Source of the DNA: a virus
Direction: 5' to 3' (one strand)
DNA length: 64,000 nt
IMG/VR virus record: IMGVR_UViG_3300027741_000001
The position numbers and the translations under genes were made by a program. Numbering within the stretch: the first letter of the stretch is position 1; each line of letters begins with the position of its first letter. The notes under the pieces were generated by a model. That model searched no databases. It saw only the letters and a list, made by a program, of their open reading frames with translations, and had not been told where the DNA came from. Below are positions 25,105 through 31,336 of this stretch, one piece after another.

Positions 25105-25294
25105 CTTTCTCAATCAGTTCTATATGTTGACGAACAGCCCTGCAATTTGCATGGGTTCGCATTATCTTTGCTTCCCTACAGTATGCATGATTACATGTAA
25201 GGCTGTCAAGTAGTTCAATTATTCTGACACGTTCCTCACGTCGACCAACTTCTTCTCCGGCCATCCAAATGATTCTAGCTTCTTCATCATCCAT
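25094..25294 (-). CDS. ERIIxLL-family small protein
   Basis: EERVRIIELL...IELIEK. Confidence 0.65.
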   Translation of the reverse strand: MDDEEARIIWMAGEEVGRREERVRIIELLDSLTCNHAYCREAKIMRTHANCRAVRQHIELIEKDAL

Positions 25295-26211
25295 TAGAGG
25301 TTCTTTTCTAAATCTTTCCAATTCTCTACAAAAACATCCCAGGAGTATTTCTCATTGACAGTGGTGCTCTGATCACCAAAACTATGTTGACCATTCTTAA
25401 TTGTAAGAATAGCCTCAGTTAGAGCTTTAGCATAAGAAGTAGCACTTAAAACATTATAAGGAACCTCAACACCATACCCTAAAGAGACTTCAGATAAAGC
25501 ACCATAGCCAGAATACACAGACAGTAATCCTGCAGACATAGCTTCTACTTGAACTAGACAAAAAGCTTCTTCTACTGTAGATGGATAAGCATGGATATGG
25601 GACTCACTCATAATCTTATGGACAGTTTTCCTAGGAGTTTTCCCCCAAAAAGTGACTCTAGGATCATCTGGATAATCATCAAACATGTGCTCTAGATCTT
25701 CTGGATAGTAGTCATTAAAGATGTTCAACTCAAAGTCTTCATCTACATACTTCAAAGATTTCAATAAGAGGCCCATACCTCTAGAACTATGAGAGGCGTG
25801 TACTATTTTTACCTTCTGGACGTCGACGAACTTTTGCGGATTAAAAGCTATAGGATCAAACGCATTAGGGATAACCACAAACCTATCCTCCGGAACCTTA
25901 TTAAAGTCTTGCATCAGAGTTTTTTTATGGAATTCGGAAATACCTATAATACGCACAATATTCTTAGATATTTCAGGGCTATTAAAAGTCTCAAGAGCCC
26001 ACTTTTTTATGCTAGTAGTGTACATAGCATTATGAGCCCATATGATTATTTTCTTGTCTAGATAGAAGTCTTTATCCCAACTTAGAACTTTCCCGGGGAT
26101 AATAATGCATACATGATCCTGTAGCTTGGGAACGTTAAATGCCACCCTTTCGTGGAAATTCAGAGCCATATATTCAGTACCACCGGTAAACTGGAGGTTA
26201 TACTCAAACAT
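25294..26211 (-). CDS. GT-B (GT4-like) glycosyltransferase
   Basis: GGTE, VIPNA, EAFCLVQVEAMSAG (E-x7-E). Confidence 0.88.
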   Translation of the reverse strand: MFEYNLQFTGGTEYMALNFHERVAFNVPKLQDHVCIIIPGKVLSWDKDFYLDKKIIIWAHNAMYTTSIKKWALETFNSPEISKNIVRIIGISEFHKKTLMQDFNKVPEDRFVVIPNAFDPIAFNPQKFVDVQKVKIVHASHSSRGMGLLLKSLKYVDEDFELNIFNDYYPEDLEHMFDDYPDDPRVTFWGKTPRKTVHKIMSESHIHAYPSTVEEAFCLVQVEAMSAGLLSVYSGYGALSEVSLGYGVEVPYNVLSATSYAKALTEAILTIKNGQHSFGDQSTTVNEKYSWDVFVENWKDLEKNL

Positions 26212-26371
26212 TATCTTTTTTCTTTTCTTTTGCATTGGCTCTCTTAGCCTGTTCATGTAGTCTTTTTTTCTGCATTTGACGATCAAATCTGATCTCTTTT
26301 ATAAGCTTTTTGTATTCTTTGTTTGTCATATTTGTCTTCTTTTCTTCTGGACGTCGACGCTTTTTAATCAC
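26204..26371 (-). CDS. small basic protein
   Basis: K/R-rich ORF filling the gap, coupled to neighbours. Confidence 0.5.
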   Translation of the reverse strand: MIKKRRRPEEKKTNMTNKEYKKLIKEIRFDRQMQKKRLHEQAKRANAKEKKKDNV

Positions 26372-26715
26372 TCTTCCGATACAAGCCATTGTATTAGCTC
26401 CGGGTTGTCTCGCATAACCATGATCAATGAGTTCTCCCAAACACCAATAAAGTAATGCTCCCAAGTTTCAAAATCATCTGACTTCTTAGGTTTGACAGAG
26501 TTATCAAAAACCATTCTAGCAGCATGAAGTACCTCATGCATAACAGTTACTTTCTTTTTAGTCAGGTGCATCCCGGACTCTATTACGATTAAGTTCTGAG
26601 TCTCAAGTGTGTAGCCATAGCTACCATCACTCAGCATCCCATCTTCCTTCTGAGTACGCTCAATAATCTCGAAGACTTGTACTCCGATCTTCACTGACTT
26701 AAGGACGTCGACCAT
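26368..26715 (-). CDS. HExxH metallopeptidase-like phage protein
   Basis: TVMHEVLHA. Confidence 0.75.
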   Translation of the reverse strand: MVDVLKSVKIGVQVFEIIERTQKEDGMLSDGSYGYTLETQNLIVIESGMHLTKKKVTVMHEVLHAARMVFDNSVKPKKSDDFETWEHYFIGVWENSLIMVMRDNPELIQWLVSEE

Positions 26716-26920
26716 TTTTTACCTCCAGGTCTAGTATACAACAGGCCCTAAAATTAACTTCCCACCAAACTTCGAACAGATGTACGAATATCTATAATAT
26801 AGAAGTTATATAATATAAGGTATCACTTTTGTACAGAGGCTTTTTAAACCTTGCCATGTAAACTTAAACTTAAGTTTATACAGCTAAATCGCTTGTATCT
26901 AGAGGGTTTACACTATATCT

Positions 26921-28006
26921 ATGGAAGAAAACCTTGTACCCGAAGAACGCGATCTAGCTAACGCTTTGCGCGTCATTGTCAAGAAGCATGGCAAGTTTAA
27001 TGCTGATAACACCGGCGTTTGGGCTGGCTATGACTCTGCCGAGAAGAATGCAGAGAACGCTTCCATAGGAGTAAAGTGCGGAAACTGCGTATTCTGGAAC
27101 GCTCCAAATGGTTGCGAGATCATTGCTGCTGAGACTGAAGAAGGCGGCCTATGTCGCTTCGCGGTTCTTCCAGACGGTGCTGTAACAGCAACAGCTGGAT
27201 CTAAGCCAGCTCCAAAGAAAGATCAAATTAAGGGCTCAGATAAGAACAAAGAGGGCTCTGCCTCAGATGGCAAGGGCGTAACCTTTACAGCCGAGATCAC
27301 TAAAGCTCTTGAAAAGAAGGTTTCTGAACATAATGAGAAGGCACCTAATGGCCGAAAGGTTACACTAGGCAAACTTAAAGCTGTTTACAGACGAGGAGCT
27401 GGAGCTTTCTCAACTTCCCACAGAGCAGATCAAAATCGCAACTCATGGGCGATGGCTCGCGTTAACGCATTTCTAAAGCTAGTTAAGTCAGGTAAGCCTA
27501 ACAACCCTAAGTACGTTCAAGACAACGATCTTCTTCCAAAGATGCATCCAAGAAGCAATGAAGCCTCTACCATTCAACCTCTACTTGCTTCTCTAGTTGC
27601 AGCTTTAGATGATAACTCTTGCCCCCCAGCTACACAGGATATTGGAGTTAATCTTGCTAACCGAGAGAAAGCTATTGAAACTGCTGGCTATGGTCCACTA
27701 AATCCTAAAGAACCAAACAACGAGTTCTGGAAAGAGAAGGCAGATCGTTGGTCAGTTACAGTTGATGAAGCCAAAAAGAGCCGTTGCGGAACTTGCGTAA
27801 TGTTTATTCGCACACCAAAGATGTTGGACTGTATTGAAGGTGGTATTGCTGCTGGAGATTCAGGATCGCAAAACGCATGGGATGCTATCGATCAAGCAGA
27901 GCTAGGTTACTGTGAGGCATTTGACTTTAAGTGTGCAGCTAGTAGAACTTGCAACGCATGGGTTGTTGGTGGACCTATTACTGAAGAAAAGTCTACTCCT
28001 CAGTAG
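26921..28006 (+). CDS. multidomain protein with two Cys-cluster domains
   Basis: CGNCVFW...C...CRF; LKAVYRRGAGAF...WAMARVNAFL; CGTCVMF...GYC...KCAASRTCNAW. Confidence 0.8.
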   Translation: MEENLVPEERDLANALRVIVKKHGKFNADNTGVWAGYDSAEKNAENASIGVKCGNCVFWNAPNGCEIIAAETEEGGLCRFAVLPDGAVTATAGSKPAPKKDQIKGSDKNKEGSASDGKGVTFTAEITKALEKKVSEHNEKAPNGRKVTLGKLKAVYRRGAGAFSTSHRADQNRNSWAMARVNAFLKLVKSGKPNNPKYVQDNDLLPKMHPRSNEASTIQPLLASLVAALDDNSCPPATQDIGVNLANREKAIETAGYGPLNPKEPNNEFWKEKADRWSVTVDEAKKSRCGTCVMFIRTPKMLDCIEGGIAAGDSGSQNAWDAIDQAELGYCEAFDFKCAASRTCNAWVVGGPITEEKSTPQ

Positions 28007-28181
28007 GGTCTAAAGACTTAATAAATTCAATTATGTGCTCACTTCTAAAATGATCTCTGTACATAGTAAAGTCATCATCGAACTCTACGCCAGTTCGATT
28101 TTCTTCGATCCAGTCTAGAATCTTTTTACAGGTTTCATTGATACCATCTTTTTTACCGTAGTCATAAGCTTCAATGCCCAT
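27993..28181 (-). CDS. hypothetical protein (distant ERIIxLL-like)
   Basis: GGAGG RBS before MGIEAY. Confidence 0.7.
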   Translation of the reverse strand: MGIEAYDYGKKDGINETCKKILDWIEENRTGVEFDDDFTMYRDHFRSEHIIEFIKSLDPTEE

Positions 28182-28206
28182 ACAGACCTCCAAGATCTTT
28201 ACTAGT

Positions 28207-28402
28207 ACTTTCGCAGACTGCGCTGGTCTCGAACCAACCACCATCCGAACTTCTATCATCGATAGAAGGACATACTCCCGAAGGAGATTAGATGGGCATC
28301 CCCATTCAGCCTCACTGGAACCTCATACACCAACCATCCAGCGCGATCAAGTTTCAGTCAAAGATCCGTTTGCAACCAAATCAATAACCTCTGCTACTGC
28401 CT
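28207..28402 (-). ncRNA. unassigned structured RNA or long leader
   Basis: several hairpins including C(UUCG)G, T-loop-like UUCGAGA arm, GCGCUGG/CCAGCGC long-range pair; GGTAAAAT upstream. Confidence 0.5.
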
Positions 28403-28433
28403 ATTAGATTTTACCTAATATCAGGGTAGTTCT

Positions 28434-28775
28434 TTATACTATATCAAAACTCGATTGAGGTTCAAGTTTTTTCCATATTAAATTATCAATTTCTTCATTC
28501 TTAAAAAGAAGATCTAAAGCTTCCTTTTCAGGATGCGAAGCTATCAAACTATAATATTCTTTTTTAAAATCATCTGATTGATTTGCAGAAGACCTAACTG
28601 TATTGTAGGTATGATGAAAATGAAGCTGAAGATCATTAAACTTCATCCAAAGTTCTAGAGCATACCTAACAGCATCACGCTGCGCATCAATAGATTCTGT
28701 TGAAAACTCTTTTTCTAAGAGATCTTCATCCGTAGAAATAATCTCCCAAACTCTGTGCTCAATACTTTTACTCAT
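28434..28775 (-). CDS. hypothetical protein
   Basis: 113-aa ORF. Confidence 0.7.
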   Translation of the reverse strand: MSKSIEHRVWEIISTDEDLLEKEFSTESIDAQRDAVRYALELWMKFNDLQLHFHHTYNTVRSSANQSDDFKKEYYSLIASHPEKEALDLLFKNEEIDNLIWKKLEPQSSFDIV

Positions 28776-28798
28776 AGAAAAATACTAACATAAAAGTT

Positions 28799-28919
28799 TG
28801 GCGGACCTAGTACTGACTTTCCACAAGTTTGGACCTTGCTTCCAGATGTTCCCACTCTTTCGAGTCGTCTCAAGTTTTCACTCTGCTGGTTGGTCTTGTG
28901 GACTCAGCAGTAAAGAGCC
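28799..28919 (-). ncRNA. unassigned ~120-nt structured RNA ending GCCA
   Basis: UCCACAAG/CUUGUGGA, GACC/GGUC, CCAG/CUGG helices and GAAA tetraloop. Confidence 0.55.
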
Positions 28920-28928
28920 TATAGTTAT

Positions 28929-29126
28929 TTAAGAGTATAAGTAGTTTACCAGAACCACTGTCCCAACTACTATCAAGCCAAAAAGAGTAAGCCCAACTAC
29001 TAGAAGTAAACAACTCTTCCATTCATTTTTCCAGCCAAGCCAACCAGTCGAATACTTCAACTTCTCCCTATGATGTGAATCGTCTGGAATGGGGTCTGGG
29101 TAAGGATTTATGAAGCCACCAGCCAC
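28929..29126 (-). CDS. small membrane protein
   Basis: GTG start with AAGGAG RBS; C-terminal TM. Confidence 0.65.
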   Translation of the reverse strand: MAGGFINPYPDPIPDDSHHREKLKYSTGWLGWKNEWKSCLLLVVGLTLFGLIVVGTVVLVNYLYS

Positions 29127-29148
29127 TACTTACTCCTTATCTAATCCG

Positions 29149-29220
29149 TGGACTGTGTAGATTTGCACTACCGACTACTACTTATCGAATCGACTCGTAG
29201 CACCTTGGCTACGCCAGTCC
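29149..29220 (-). ncRNA. 72-nt tRNA-like element without a canonical anticodon arm
   Basis: GGACUG/CAGUCC acceptor, 6-bp D-like stem, GUAG-UGCAAAU-CUAC T arm. Confidence 0.55.
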
Positions 29221-29278
29221 TTGGAGATTCCGTTGCCTAGGACGGGTAGACCGCTTTACGCTCCTTTGTCTACAAGCG

Positions 29279-29579
29279 TGGAGATGCGGGGAATCGAACC
29301 CCGGTCCAATTGACATTCAGTTATTCTTCTACAAGCTTAGGTTTTACCAACCACGGTATTACAGGGCACTACGAGAGGATTTGTTCTACTTATTTAAAAC
29401 CTGACTGCCCACCTAGAACTAGTGCTTTGTCAGGGGCCTAAGCGTTGCGATTAAATCACGCGGCTAGAGCGAATGCGGAAGTACGTTCAGCATTTATTGT
29501 TTTACCACACTTTAAGAATGCGTGGCCGTTTCTGCTTGCTTCACTAACATCAAGACAACTGTCGAAACCAGTCATCCCC
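29279..29579 (-). ncRNA. ssrA: tmRNA
   Basis: GGGGAUG/CAUCUCC acceptor with G3-U wobble, GGUUUCGAC 5' motif, T arm GGGGUUCGAUUCCCC, tag ORF 29456-29491 AERTSAFALAA. Confidence 0.95.
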
Positions 29580-29586
29580 TTGTTCA

Positions 29587-29721
29587 CTATTTAGTTATAT
29601 TTACTAGCTTACGTTTAATCTTATCAAAGATCTTAGGACGCTTTTTAAATGCCTTACCGTTCTGTCTTCCAGAACTTTTTACTTCTGGTACCGGCTTTCC
29701 ACCAGGTTTACCTTTTGCCAT
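29587..29721 (-). CDS. 44-aa basic peptide
   Basis: AGGAG RBS; MAKGKPGGKPVPEVKSSGRQNGKAFKKRPKIFDKIKRKLVNITK. Confidence 0.7.
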   Translation of the reverse strand: MAKGKPGGKPVPEVKSSGRQNGKAFKKRPKIFDKIKRKLVNITK

Positions 29722-29747
29722 GTCATTCTCCTATTGTCGTTACTGCG

Positions 29748-29821
29748 TTGCGGGGGCAGGATTTGAACCTACGACCTCTAGCTTATGACGCTAGCGAGCT
29801 TCCGAGCTGCTCTACCCCGCG
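29748..29821 (-). tRNA. tRNA-Met(CAU), initiator-type body
   Basis: cloverleaf, C1:A72 mismatch, A11-U24, anticodon CAT at 29785-29787; CCA not encoded. Confidence 0.93.
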
Positions 29822-29831
29822 GTGTATAAAA

Positions 29832-29879
29832 ATAATAACACATTTTAACTTGACATGTCAACCAACACGTGTATATAAT
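29832..29879. promoter_or_regulatory. divergent promoters sharing palindrome TTGACATGTCAA
   Basis: + strand TTGACA-N18-TATAAT; - strand TTGACA-N18-TATTAT. Confidence 0.75.
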
Positions 29880-29917
29880 AATTTTATTCGATAATGAATA
29901 TAAACTAAGGAAGACAA

Positions 29918-30379
29918 ATGACAGAAGAATACGCAGATCTAATGCGTCCACTATTACCCCTTGCCCGTAAAGCTTACGGATCAAGAGATACAGTTTCAGT
30001 TCAACACGATGCAAGCCGGGAATATACCCGCCTAGCTATTGAATACTATTCAAAAGGTGGAAGCCTATTGAAACTAGCAGATGCCCTAGGAGTTACATAT
30101 GCTGGCCTTCGTAGAAGAATTTTAACCGACGAGATCAGACCAAAAGACAAAAGAACTCGCAGTAAAGCTACTGCAGAAGAGATTAGCTCAGCAGTCACAT
30201 CTATTCTTTTTGCTAAAGGATCAGGAGATGTTGAAAACTACCACGAAACTATTAGGGTTCAGTATGAAGATAGAGGAATCTCCCTAAGTAAAATTGCTAA
30301 AGCCATGGGCCTAAGCTCTGCTAATCCACTTTATTATGCAGTAGCTAAAACAAAAATAAAACAAAAAGAAATTATCTAA
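29918..30379 (+). CDS. double-HTH DNA-binding protein
   Basis: SLLKLADALGVTYAGLRRR and SLSKIAKAMGLSSANPLY. Confidence 0.8.
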   Translation: MTEEYADLMRPLLPLARKAYGSRDTVSVQHDASREYTRLAIEYYSKGGSLLKLADALGVTYAGLRRRILTDEIRPKDKRTRSKATAEEISSAVTSILFAKGSGDVENYHETIRVQYEDRGISLSKIAKAMGLSSANPLYYAVAKTKIKQKEII

Positions 30380-30380
30380 C

Positions 30381-30413
30381 AAAAAACCCCCGGCTAAACA
30401 CCGGGGGCTTTTT
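30381..30413. terminator. bidirectional terminator
   Basis: CCCCCGG/CCGGGGG stem with A/T tails between convergent genes. Confidence 0.8.
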
Positions 30414-30419
30414 ATTTAA

Positions 30420-30683
30420 TTATTCGCCAGACTTTTTAGTCTCAGCAAGCTTAGCTTCAGCAGAGCTGGCAAAAGCGGTATTGATTTCATCATGGTCTAG
30501 AACGCCATCTACGACGTAAGCACGAGCCAAAGACTCAGCTACTTCTGCAACTCCAACAAATGAAGCAACAAGTGCAGACTTCCAAAGTTCAATACCAGCA
30601 ATGCTACCAGCAGCTAGAACGCTGCTCACCTTTAAGATGACGAGAGCAATTGTTCTCTTCAAGATAGTTAAAGCAATTTTCAT
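30420..30683 (-). CDS. small membrane protein (holin-like)
   Basis: hydrophobic N-terminal half; ESLARAYVVDG.L..DEIN.AF. Confidence 0.7.
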   Translation of the reverse strand: MKIALTILKRTIALVILKVSSVLAAGSIAGIELWKSALVASFVGVAEVAESLARAYVVDGVLDHDEINTAFASSAEAKLAETKKSGE

Positions 30684-30739
30684 GGGATCTCCCGGGATAG
30701 TAGGGGTAAATTAACCTCTCTCCCAGGCCTATATCTAGT

Positions 30740-31051
30740 TTACCTGTTTATTCGAACTGTTATTTCTGTAATAAATTTTCCAGATCTTAAACTTTTACGG
30801 ATCTCTTTTCGTTCACCCTCGGTAGTTCCACCCCAAATACCTATTTCGCTGTTTTTAACAGCATAGGTTAGACATTCAATCATGTAAGGGCAAGTTTTAC
30901 AGACAGCTTTTGCCCCAGACTCATTGTAGTAACTAGCTTGTCTCCCACCCTCCCTATCCTGAGGGAAAAAAGCTTCAGGATCGGTGCTAGCGCAAGGAGG
31001 ATCTCCTTCTTTAAAAAAGTTAGGATAGTCCTTAGGTATGATGTCTTCCAT
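30740..31051 (-). CDS. whiB: WhiB-family transcription factor
   Basis: C...DPEAFFP...AKAVCKTCPYMIECL...GIWGG. Confidence 0.93.
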   Translation of the reverse strand: MEDIIPKDYPNFFKEGDPPCASTDPEAFFPQDREGGRQASYYNESGAKAVCKTCPYMIECLTYAVKNSEIGIWGGTTEGERKEIRKSLRSGKFITEITVRINR

Positions 31052-31073
31052 ATATGTCTTTTATCTTTCTGGC

Positions 31074-31277
31074 TTATCGCCAAGGTTTAGAGGTGTTATA
31101 TCCACCTCCTTTAAACTGAATTGGAGGGGCGGTGAATATACGTATTAGTTTAGCATCGCACCCCTCAAATTTGCAAATCAAGTCCTGAGGGGACGGATCA
31201 TTCATACTCCGATCTTCAGAGTATCTGTGTTCTTTATTTTCTGGGTGCTCCGAGCACTTGTAGTCATAAGTAGCCAT
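31074..31277 (-). CDS. FmdB-family zinc ribbon protein
   Basis: MATYDYKC...C...C...RIFTAPPIQFKGGG. Confidence 0.85.
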   Translation of the reverse strand: MATYDYKCSEHPENKEHRYSEDRSMNDPSPQDLICKFEGCDAKLIRIFTAPPIQFKGGGYNTSKPWR

Positions 31278-31297
31278 AAAATAATTCTATAGCATAA

Positions 31298-31326
31298 TAA
31301 AAAAGCCGTCCCGAAGGACGGCCTCT
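31298..31326 (-). terminator. intrinsic terminator after RNR
   Basis: GCCGTCC-loop-GGACGGC with U-tract. Confidence 0.75.
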
Positions 31327-31336
31327 CTATTTAAGA

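Noticed and set aside
28183-28395. Lysine riboswitch resemblance (AGAGG..GCUGAAUGGGGA..GGAGG)
   Set aside because: Lacks the loop-E and GCCGAA elements, and the downstream gene is unrelated; left as an unassigned RNA.
28799-28919. SRP RNA, RNase P RNA or c-di-GMP-I riboswitch
   Set aside because: Only short word matches; the SRP symmetric loop, RNase P conserved regions in order, and riboswitch P1/P3 are not present.
29522-30014. ORFs overlapping the tRNA and tmRNA
   Set aside because: Shadow ORFs of RNA genes and promoters.
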